A stretch of 64,000 nucleotides of DNA from an uncultured Pseudomonadota bacterium (GTDB lineage Bacteria; Pseudomonadota; Alphaproteobacteria; Acetobacterales; Acetobacteraceae). The notes beneath the pieces are model-generated. The model did not search any database. It saw only the letters and a list, made by a program, of their open reading frames with translations, and was not told the origin of the DNA. The stretch covers positions 44,209-108,208 of the forward strand of contig CAWCRT010000003.1 in the NCBI GenBank assembly GCA_963798115.1, written 5' to 3'. The position numbers and the translations under genes were made by a program. Numbering within the stretch: the first letter of the stretch is position 1; each line of letters opens with the position of its first letter. Below are positions 20,651-29,300 of the stretch, piece by piece.

Positions 20651-20727
20651 GGCCGTGCCTGCGAACGCCCCAGCCCAAAGACAAGAAGTTTTTGCGCCGC
20701 TTTTTCCAAAAAGCGGCCACTTTCTCC
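20651..20727. repeat. Nested-palindrome element, partial copy B (central hairpin remnant, linker, GCCGC arm)
   Basis: GGCCGTGCCTGCGAACGCCCCAGCCC...AAGTTTTTGC, then GCCGCTTTTTCCAAAAAGCGGC (20696-20717). Lies in the divergent region between the kinase and the FAD-subunit gene. Confidence 0.8.
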
Positions 20728-20877
20728 GCGCGCCCTGATCGGAGGGCTGATCTGGCCCGCGCCGATTGCAACGCTCAATCACGGGGCGCAGAAGTTTTTG
20801 CTGCCAGAACGGGTTGCCGGCCGGTCACGGACAGGCGATGTAGACCGCGCCAACAGACGAAACTCGAGTTTTATTGC

Positions 20878-21762
20878 GTGAAACCCGCCTCCTTCGCTTA
20901 CCACCGGCCGCAGACGGTCGCTGACGCGCTAGCTTTGCTGGCCGAACTCGAGGGCGCAAAACTGCTCGCGGGCGGGCAGAGCCTGGGCCCCATGCTCAAT
21001 CTGCGCGTCGCGCGTCCGGAGCATGTGGTCGACCTCAACGACCTGTTGGAGCTGGATTACGTCCGCCGGCAACCGGGCCTGCTCGAGATCGGCAGCCTGA
21101 CGCGGCATCATCGCGTGGCAACAGATAAAGAGGTGGCGGCTTCCTGCCCGATCCTGGCGGCCGCGGCCGCCAGCATCGGCCATTACGCCATTCGCCAGCG
21201 CGGCACGCTTGGCGGCAGCCTCGCCCATGCCGACCCGGCGGCGCAACTGCCGCTGATCGCGACGCTGCTGGATGCGGAAATTCTCATCGGCGGCCGTGCC
21301 GGCACGCGCACCGTGCGGGCGCGGGAGTTTTTTGTCTCGAGCCTGGTCACGTCGGTACAGCCGGACGAGATGATCCTGGCGGTCCGTTTTCCCGCTTTTT
21401 CCGCCGCCCAAGGGTGGGGGATGGAGATTTTTTCCCAGCGCCATGGCGATTTCGCCATCGTGTCCGTGGCCGCGACGATCGCTTGCGCCCCGTCGGGGAA
21501 GGTGGAGACACTGGAGCTGGCGCTGGGCGGTGTCGATGCCACGCCGCTCTCGCTGCATCAGCGGCTGGCGCCGTTTTGCGGTCGCCTGCCGGATGCGGAA
21601 TGGTGTGCGGAGCTCGCCTGTGTCGCCGCCTCGGCCATCGCGCCGGAGGATGATGTACGCATCCCGGCCGCCTATCGCCGCGAACTTGCCGCGACTTTGA
21701 CCCGCCGCGCGCTGGCTTCGGCGGCGGCGCGGGCGCGAGGGGAGGACCAGAAGAATGGCTGA
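20878..21762 (+). CDS. Molybdenum hydroxylase FAD-binding (medium) subunit, CoxM/XdhB-like
   Basis: VKPASFAYHRPQTVADALALL...LLAGGQSLGPMLNLR, a FAD_binding_5 type sequence. In-frame GTG 20878 chosen; the track start 20497 runs through a repeat. Confidence 0.85.
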   Translation: MKPASFAYHRPQTVADALALLAELEGAKLLAGGQSLGPMLNLRVARPEHVVDLNDLLELDYVRRQPGLLEIGSLTRHHRVATDKEVAASCPILAAAAASIGHYAIRQRGTLGGSLAHADPAAQLPLIATLLDAEILIGGRAGTRTVRAREFFVSSLVTSVQPDEMILAVRFPAFSAAQGWGMEIFSQRHGDFAIVSVAATIACAPSGKVETLELALGGVDATPLSLHQRLAPFCGRLPDAEWCAELACVAASAIAPEDDVRIPAAYRRELAATLTRRALASAAARARGEDQKNG

Positions 21763-22240
21763 ACGGATGCTGATCACCCTCTCTGTGAATGGCGTGGAAC
21801 ATGAAGTCGCGGTGCCGCCGCGCCGGCTGCTCTCCGATGTGTTGCGCGACGATCTCGGCCTGACCGGCACGCATGTCGGCTGCGAGCACGGCGTCTGCGG
21901 CGCCTGCACCGTGCTGATCGACGACCGGCCCGCGCGTGCCTGCCTGACCTTCGCGGTGCAGATGGAGGGGCATGAGATCACCACCATCGAGGCGGTGGCG
22001 CGCGATGGCGCCCTGAGCCCGCTGCAGCAGGCGCTGCATGAGGAGCACGGGCTGCAATGCGGCTTCTGCACGCCCGGCATCATCATGACGTTCGAAGCCT
22101 TCCTGCGGGACAATCCCGACCCGAGCGAGGCGGAAATCCGCGACGTGCTCTCCGGCAATATCTGCCGCTGCACCGGCTACCAGAACATTGTGGTCGCCGT
22201 GCGCAAAGCCGCCGCAATGATGCGCGGGGAGGCGAAGTGA
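21755..22240 (+). CDS. Molybdenum hydroxylase 2Fe-2S (small) subunit, CoxS-like
   Basis: CEHGVCGACTV and CGFCTPG...CRCTGY cysteine clusters; 161 aa. Confidence 0.9.
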   Translation: MAERMLITLSVNGVEHEVAVPPRRLLSDVLRDDLGLTGTHVGCEHGVCGACTVLIDDRPARACLTFAVQMEGHEITTIEAVARDGALSPLQQALHEEHGLQCGFCTPGIIMTFEAFLRDNPDPSEAEIRDVLSGNICRCTGYQNIVVAVRKAAAMMRGEAK

Positions 22241-24594
22241 TGCAGGACACGCCTTTCACGCAGATCGGCCGGGCCATGCCGCGCCGGGAGGATCGGCGAT
22301 TTCTGACCGGCGCCGGCCGCTATCTCGACGACCTCGCCTTCCCGCAGGCTTTGCACGCGACCTTCCTGCGCTCGCCGCACGCCCATGCGCGCATTCTGAG
22401 CATCGACAGCACCCAAGCCGCTGCCATGCCGGGAGTCGCCGCCATCGTCACCGGGCACGACATCGCGCAATGGGCGAGCGTGCTGCAGATGGCCCCGCCG
22501 ATCGAAGGGTTGCACCCGACGGCGATGGAACCGTTCCCGACAGCCAAGGTGCGGTTCCAGGGCGATCTGGTCGCCTGCGTTCTCGCCGCTGACCGCTATC
22601 TCGCCGAGGACGCCGCCGAGGCGATCGAGGTCGAGTATGAGGTGCTGCCCGCCGTGGCGGATATGGACAGCGCCCTCGCGCCCGGTGCGCCGCGCGTGGA
22701 CGAGACATTGCCGAGCAACCAGCTCTCCGAGCAGCATTTTGCCGCCGGCGATGTCGCAGCGCGTTTCAAGACCGCGCATGCCGTTGTGAGCGCCTGTTTC
22801 TCGCAGCACCGGCAGACGCAAATGCCGCTGGAGACGCGCGGCTGCGTCGCCGTGTGGGATGAAGGGCGCCAGCATCTGACCTTTCACACCGGCAACCAGG
22901 TGCCGCATCCGCTGCGCACGTCGCTGGCGCGGCGGCTCGGCCTGGTGGAATCCCAGGTCACCGTGATCTGCCCGGATGTCGGCGGCGGGTTCGGCCAGAA
23001 AATCGCGCTCTATCGCGAGGAGCTGGCGATCGCGGCTTTGGCCCGCCACTTCCAGCGCACGGTGCGCTGGCGCGAAGACCGGATGGAAAACCTCCAGGCC
23101 GCCTGCCATCCCCGCGAGCAGCTCTGCGAGACCCGCGCCGCCGTGGCGGAAGATGGCCGTATCCTCGGCCTCGAACTCTCAATGACCGAGGATTTCGGCG
23201 CCTACTGCTTCTTTCCCGGCAATTATATCGCCCGGGTGGTCGCGCTGATCCTCACCGGCCCGTACCGCATCGCCGATTACGCCTACTCGGTGCGCGTGGC
23301 GATGACCAATAAATGCGGCGCCGGGCCGATGCGCGCGCCGATGGCGATGGCGAGCTGGGTAATGGAAGGCACAATGGATGCCGTCGCCCGGCAGCTTGGC
23401 CTGGATCCGCTGGCGGTGCGCCGCGTGAACATGCTGTCGTCGGCCGAGCTGCCTTATACGATGGCGACCGGCGAGGTGCTGGAAGATGTCACCCCGTCCG
23501 AGACGCTGGAGGCGGTTGCCGCCGCCATCGGCTATGAGGATTTCCGCAAACGCCAGGAAGAGGCGCGGGCACAGAACCGCTATCTCGGGCTCGGCCTGTG
23601 CACGGTGGTCGAGCCGACCACCTATGGTTCACGCTTCTACAAGGCCGCCGGCATTCTCGGTTCCGGGCACGAGGCCGCCTGGGTGCGGATCGAGCCGACC
23701 GGCGCGGTGCGTGCCTCGGTCGGGCTGATGGCGACGGGGCAGGGCTATGAGAGTTCACTGCCGCTCGCCGTGGCGGAGGGGCTCGGCGTCGACGTTTCCA
23801 ACGTGGGCCTGGAACTTGGTAATACCGATGTCGCGCCCTACGGCATGGGCAGCCGCGGCGCGCGTGGCGCCACGGCGGGCGGCGGCGCGCTCTATCTCTG
23901 CGCGCGCAAGGCGCAGGAAAAGGTGCTGGCCATCGCCGCGCATATGCTGAAGCTGAACAGCGCCGGCGATCTCAGGCTGCACGAGGGCACGGTGGAACGG
24001 CTGATCGGCGGCGCCTGGACCGGCACCGGCATCGCGCTGGCCGATGTCGCCAGGATCGCCTATCTCGACCCGCTGGCGCTGCCGCCGGGCATGGAGCCGG
24101 GCCTCGACGTCTCGCACGCTTACGACCCGCCGCCGATGACCTATTCCAACTCTAGCCATGCCTGCGAGATCGAACTCGACGTGCAGACCGGCCGGGTCAA
24201 CATTCTGCGCTACGTGGTCGCCGAGGATTGCGGCACCGTGTTGAACCCGGTGGTGGTGCGCGGCCAACAGATCGGCGCGGTGGCCATGGGGCTGAGCGGC
24301 TCGCTGTATGAGCACGTGTTCTATGACAAGACCGGGCAGAATTTGAGCAGCACGCTCGCCGATTATCTGGTGGCGACCGCCTGCGAGTTGCCGAATATCG
24401 AAATCCTGGCGATGCACACGCCGAACAAGCGCACGCCTGCCGGGATCAAAGGCATGGCCGAAGGCGGCGTGATGGGGGCGATCGGCGCGGTGACCAATGC
24501 CGTGAACGACGCGCTGGCGCCGTTCGGCGTCACCGCCACGCATCAGCCTTTGACGCCTCCCACCCTTCGCGGCCTGCTGCGCGGCCGGATCTGA
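22240..24594 (+). CDS. Molybdopterin-binding (large) subunit of a xanthine dehydrogenase/aldehyde oxidase family enzyme
   Basis: MQDTPFTQIGRAMPRREDRRFLTG N-terminus. ATG overlaps the small-subunit stop (GTGATG). 784 aa. Neither the AYXCSFR nor the AYRGAGR CODH loop is seen; TNKCGAGPMRAPMAM is at the equivalent site. Confidence 0.9.
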   Translation: MQDTPFTQIGRAMPRREDRRFLTGAGRYLDDLAFPQALHATFLRSPHAHARILSIDSTQAAAMPGVAAIVTGHDIAQWASVLQMAPPIEGLHPTAMEPFPTAKVRFQGDLVACVLAADRYLAEDAAEAIEVEYEVLPAVADMDSALAPGAPRVDETLPSNQLSEQHFAAGDVAARFKTAHAVVSACFSQHRQTQMPLETRGCVAVWDEGRQHLTFHTGNQVPHPLRTSLARRLGLVESQVTVICPDVGGGFGQKIALYREELAIAALARHFQRTVRWREDRMENLQAACHPREQLCETRAAVAEDGRILGLELSMTEDFGAYCFFPGNYIARVVALILTGPYRIADYAYSVRVAMTNKCGAGPMRAPMAMASWVMEGTMDAVARQLGLDPLAVRRVNMLSSAELPYTMATGEVLEDVTPSETLEAVAAAIGYEDFRKRQEEARAQNRYLGLGLCTVVEPTTYGSRFYKAAGILGSGHEAAWVRIEPTGAVRASVGLMATGQGYESSLPLAVAEGLGVDVSNVGLELGNTDVAPYGMGSRGARGATAGGGALYLCARKAQEKVLAIAAHMLKLNSAGDLRLHEGTVERLIGGAWTGTGIALADVARIAYLDPLALPPGMEPGLDVSHAYDPPPMTYSNSSHACEIELDVQTGRVNILRYVVAEDCGTVLNPVVVRGQQIGAVAMGLSGSLYEHVFYDKTGQNLSSTLADYLVATACELPNIEILAMHTPNKRTPAGIKGMAEGGVMGAIGAVTNAVNDALAPFGVTATHQPLTPPTLRGLLRGRI

Positions 24595-24615
24595 CAGACG
24601 AGGACATCGAGAGAC

Positions 24616-25497
24616 ATGACGGATTTTCCCGCAATTAAGACGGTTGGCTTCATCGGGCTCGGCATCATGGGCCGGAGCATGGCCGGGCATATCATGGCCG
24701 GCGGCTATGCGCTGCACGTCTATAACCGCAGCCGCGCCAAGGCCGACGAGCTGATCGCGCAAGGCGCCGTGTGGCACGACAAGCCCGGCGAGATGGCTGC
24801 GGTGTGCGACGTGGTGATCACCATCGTCGGTTTCCCGCAGGATGTGGAAGACATCTATCTCGCGCCGGACGGGCTCATCGCCCAGGCCACGCCGGGCACG
24901 GTGCTGATCGACATGACCACCTCCAGCCCCTCGCTGGCGCAGCGCATCGCCGCCGTAGGTGCTGCGAAGGGCGTTGCCGTGCTCGATGCCCCGGTTTCCG
25001 GCGGCGATGTCGGCGCGCGCAATGCCAAGCTCTCGATCATGGTCGGCGGTGAGGCGGCGGCGGTCGAGCATGTCCGGCCGGTGCTGACGCGGATGGGCGA
25101 GAATGTGGTGCGCCAGGGCGAAGCCGGGGCCGGGCAGCATACCAAGATGGCGAACCAGATCACCATCGCCTCGAACATGATGGCGGTGTGCGAGAGCCTG
25201 GCCTATGCCAAGAAGGCCGGGCTGGACCCGCGCCAGGTGCTGCAATCGATCGGCGCCGGGGCGGCCGCCAGCTTCGCGCTGAACAATCTCGGGCCGCGCA
25301 TGCTTGGCGGCGATTTCGCGCCGGGTTTCTATGTGCGCCATTTCATCAAGGATATGAGCATCGCTCTGGCCGAGGCTGAGAGCATGGGGCTGCCGCTGCC
25401 GGGCCTCTCCCAGGCCAAGGCACTGTATGAGCGCCTGGCCGCTTCCGGCCATGAGGATGAAGGCACGCAGGCTTTGTTCCGGCTGTACAGCGCATGA
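24616..25497 (+). CDS. NAD(P)-dependent beta-hydroxyacid dehydrogenase (3-hydroxyisobutyrate/tartronate semialdehyde reductase family)
   Basis: VGFIGLGIMGRSMA Rossmann motif and the DAPVSGG motif. Confidence 0.85.
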   Translation: MTDFPAIKTVGFIGLGIMGRSMAGHIMAGGYALHVYNRSRAKADELIAQGAVWHDKPGEMAAVCDVVITIVGFPQDVEDIYLAPDGLIAQATPGTVLIDMTTSSPSLAQRIAAVGAAKGVAVLDAPVSGGDVGARNAKLSIMVGGEAAAVEHVRPVLTRMGENVVRQGEAGAGQHTKMANQITIASNMMAVCESLAYAKKAGLDPRQVLQSIGAGAAASFALNNLGPRMLGGDFAPGFYVRHFIKDMSIALAEAESMGLPLPGLSQAKALYERLAASGHEDEGTQALFRLYSA

Positions 25498-26135
25498 ATA
25501 TTGACGGCGAATACCGCATTCCGGCATCGCCGCAGCGCGTCTGGGAGGGGTTGAACGACCCCGCCGTGCTGCAGGCGAGCTTGCCGGGCTGCAAGTCGCT
25601 GGAACGGACCGGCGAGAACGAATTCACCGCCACGGTGACCGCCAAGATCGGGCCGGTTTCGGCAACGTTCAAAGGTAAGGTCGAGCTGGCCGATCTCGAC
25701 CCGCCGCATGGCTATACCCTGTCCGGTCGCGGGCAGGGTGGCCCTGCGGGGTTTGCCAAAGGCAGCGCGCAGGTGCGGCTGACGCCAGACGGCGACGGTA
25801 CGATCCTGCGCTACAGCGCTGCGGTGGAAATCGGCGGCAAGCTCGCCAGCGTCGGCAGCCGTCTGATCGGCGGTGTCTCCACCAAACTTGCCGGGGAATT
25901 CTTTGAAAGCTTCGGCCGCGTGATCACCGGCGGCGCCGTGCCGGCGGCAGGCGCGCCGGCAGAGCAGCCCGCCACGGTGATGGCGGCGTCAGTGCAGCCG
26001 GCGCCTGCGTCAGTACCTGCGGCGGTACGCGTGGCTGAAACCGGATATCTCCCGCTGCTCGACCGCTGCGCCTGGCTGGTGGCGGGTGTGGGCATCGGCA
26101 TCGTCGCCACGCTGGCGGTGTTCGGGAAACTTTGA
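25494..26135 (+). CDS. CoxG-like SRPBCC protein with a C-terminal hydrophobic tail
   Basis: MNIDGEYRIPASPQRVWEGLNDPAVLQASLPGC... is typical of the CoxG family. Overlaps the previous stop. Confidence 0.8.
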   Translation: MNIDGEYRIPASPQRVWEGLNDPAVLQASLPGCKSLERTGENEFTATVTAKIGPVSATFKGKVELADLDPPHGYTLSGRGQGGPAGFAKGSAQVRLTPDGDGTILRYSAAVEIGGKLASVGSRLIGGVSTKLAGEFFESFGRVITGGAVPAAGAPAEQPATVMAASVQPAPASVPAAVRVAETGYLPLLDRCAWLVAGVGIGIVATLAVFGKL

Positions 26136-26152
26136 AGGAAATTTAAGGTAAG

Positions 26153-26286
26153 TAAGGAAGGGCTTCTTTTTTGGAAAAAAGAAGCAAAAAACTTTTTTTA
26201 AACTGGGCCGTGCTGGTTTCAGCGGCACCGGCTCAGGTTAACAGAAGTTTTTGCGCCGCTTTTTTCAAAAAGCGGCCTCTTTCCTT
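26153..26286. repeat. Nested-palindrome element, full copy C
   Basis: TAAGGAAGG, arm GCTTCTTTTTTGGAAAAAAGAAGC (26162-26185), linker AAAAAACTTT, central hairpin 26205-26234, linker AGAAGTTTTTGC, arm GCCGCTTTTTTCAAAAAGCGGC (26255-26276), CTCTTTCCTT. Confidence 0.9.
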
Positions 26287-26340
26287 GCCCCGCGCTGATT
26301 GTTAGAGTCCCCTTTTGTTCTGGGCCATCTGGGGGACTAA

Positions 26341-29300
26341 TTGGTTGAAATTCGGGCGGTCGTGCGGCCGAAGGTGGGGTTCGCCTCTCACCAGAATTCG
26401 GTGCCCCTCATCAGCGATTTGCAAATTGAAAACGAGAGTGACGAGGCGGTAGGGCCGGCCATTCTCACCCTCTCCGCCAGCCCCGGCTTCATCGCGCCCA
26501 GGACCTGGCGGATCGACCGGCTGACACCGGGTTCTCTGCTTCGCATTGCCGATTGCCTGACCGAGTTCGATGGCGGGATGCTCGCGGCGCTGAACGAAAC
26601 TCTCCGCGCGCAGCTGATTTTTTCGCTCGCGGTTGAGGATCAGGAGATTGCCGCCGCGCGTTTCGAAATCGAGTGTCTGCCCAGGCTGCATTGGGGCGGC
26701 ATGAGCAGCATGGGGCTTCTGGCGTCATTCTGTATGCCGAACGATCCCGCGGTGGACCGCATCCTGAAAATGGCGTCAGAGGCGCTGCGCGCCGCCGGGC
26801 GGGAAGATGCGATCGACGGTTATCGGCGTTCGCCGAAGGAGGTCTGGCTGCTCGTCTCGGCGATCTGGGCCGCCATCGCCAAGCTGAATCTGAGTTACGC
26901 CCTGCCGCCCGCGAGCTTTGAGCTGGAAGGGCAGAAGATACGCGCGCCCGGCAATATCGCGGATGCCAGGATCGCCACCTGCCTCGATAGCAGCCTGCTG
27001 TTTGCGGCCTGTCTGGAGCAGGCGCAGCTGCATCCGGTTATCATTCTGACCAAAGGTCATGCTTTTTGCGGCGTGTGGCTGCGCGACACGTCTTTGCCCA
27101 ACCTCATTGCCGAGGAGGCCGAGACGGTCCGCAAGCATGTGGCGCTGAACGATCTCGTCGTCTTTGAAACCACTTTGGTGAGCAAGGCGCCGCCCGCGAA
27201 ATTCTCCCAGGCGATCGCCGCCGCGGACCGCCAGATCGACGAGGCGCATGATGCGGATTTCGTCGCGGTGCTGGATATAAAGCGCGCGCGGCTGCAACGC
27301 ATCAGGCCGCTCGGCGGTGAAGAGGCGCCTCAGCGCAACGCGCCGGACATGCCGGATGGCGATCATCCGGTTGAATTGCCGCCAGCTGATTTCATCCCGC
27401 CGCCGCCGGAGCGCGCACCCGCCATTCCCGATACGCCGGCGGGACGCCTGGCGCATTGGCAGCGCCGGTTGCTGGATCTGACCACACGGAACCGCCTGCT
27501 GCATGTTCCTGATAACGCCAGGGCGGTGCGGCCTTTGAGCCAGGACATCGCGCGGCTCGAAGAAAAACTGTCATCCGGTCAGAAGATCAAAATTGCGCCG
27601 CTGCCCGAGCTCGGCGTCGGCGGGCGAGATGAGGCGCAATATGAGCAGCAGAGGCTGGAAAGCCTGAAGGAGCAGGTGACCAGGCTGGCGCTGGAGGAGA
27701 AGCACACGCTGCTCTGCGAGACCGAGAAAGCGAAGCTGGACGCGCAGCTGATCGATCTCTACCGCACGGCGCGGAGCGATTTGCAGGAAGGCGGCGCGAA
27801 CACGCTGTTCCTGGCGATGGGCTTCCTGAAATGGAAAAAAACCGCGGACGACGCGCGCAGCTTCCGCGCCCCGCTGGTGCTGCTGCCGGTGCGGCTGGAG
27901 CGCAAGAGCGCGCTGTCCGACGTGGTCATGACCCAGCATGAAGACGAGCCGCGCTTCAATCTGACATTGCTGGAATTGCTGAGGCAGGATTTCAACCTCG
28001 ATATTCCCGGCCTCAGCGGCGCGCTGCCCGTGCTGCCGAATGGCGGCCTCGACCTCAAGGGGATTCTCACTGCCGTCCGCGTGGCGGTCAGGGATATTCC
28101 GGGGTTCGAGGTGACGGAAGCGGTGATGCTCGCCACCTTCTCCTTCGGAAAATATCTGATGTGGAAGGATATGGTGGACCGCTCGGCCCTGTTGGGCGAA
28201 AGCCCGGTCGTGCGGCATCTTATCGAGCGGAGTGAAGAGCGCTTCCGCACAGGCAGTGGCTTTCCCCGGCCTGAGGAGCTGGACCGCAAGATCGACCCGG
28301 CCGAACTCTTCCTGCCGTTGCCGGCTGATTCATCGCAGATCTCCGCGGTCGTGGCGTCCGCCAATGGCTGCGATTTCGTCCTCGATGGCCCGCCCGGGAC
28401 CGGTAAATCCCAGACCATCGCGAACATGATCGCGCATAATCTCGCACTCGGGCGGCGCGTGCTGTTCGTGGCGGAGAAGATGGCGGCCCTGAATGTGGTG
28501 TATCGCCGCCTGGAGGAGAAAGGCCTCGGCGAATTCTGCCTGCAACTACATTCGAACAAGGCGTCCAAAGTCGATGTTCTGAAGCAGCTGGAACGCGCCT
28601 GGGACACGCGCGACGCTTTGTCCGCCGATGCCTGGGCCAGAGAGGCCGGGAAACTGCGCGCGATGCGGGACCGGCTGAATGAATTCGTGACGCTGATGCA
28701 TGGCGTGCAGCCGAATGGCATGACGCTCTATCAGGCGATCGGCTTCGCCGTGCGGCATGAAGCCGTGCACGCGCCGCGCCTTTCCTGGCCGCATGCCGTC
28801 ACGCATGACGAAGCCGCTATGGCGCATCTGCGTGACCTCGTCCGGCGGCTGGCAATCGGCGCCGCCCAGGTGGCGGGGCTGCCGGAATCATTCGCGCCGC
28901 TCAGGCACATGGAATGGTCGAACGGCTGGCAGGACGAGCTGCTCGAGGCCGCGCATTCATTCCCCGCATGCCTGACGACTCTTCTCGAGGCCAGCTTCAG
29001 GCTTGCGGAAGCCGTGAAGTTGCCGGCCGCGAATGACCTGTCCGCCATCGAGGCTTTGTGCGGCTGCGTGCAGGCGATCCTGAACACATATCAACAGGAT
29101 ATGCGTTTTGCCTTTGCCGCGGATGTCGCGAACCTCGCACCTCTGCTGGCACAGGCCGAGCGTTTGCTTGCGGAATATCGCGCGCTGGAGACGCGGCTCT
29201 CCGTGCCGTTTGCTGACATCGCTTCGGTGCCGGTGGCGGCATTGGAGCTGGAGTGGCAGGCGGCATCGCAAAAATTCGCGCTGTTTGCCCGTGGCGCCAA

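Noticed and set aside
20878-24594. Annotating the MSL operon as aerobic carbon monoxide dehydrogenase (coxMSL)
   Set aside because: The large subunit lacks both CODH active-site loop signatures, so only the generic molybdenum hydroxylase call is supported.
26255-26286. Calling each arm hairpin a canonical rho-independent terminator
   Set aside because: The stems are half A/T (GCCGC plus T5/A5) and are followed by CTCTTTCCTT rather than a clean U-tract. A terminator function is possible but cannot be asserted from sequence, so they are annotated as repeats only.
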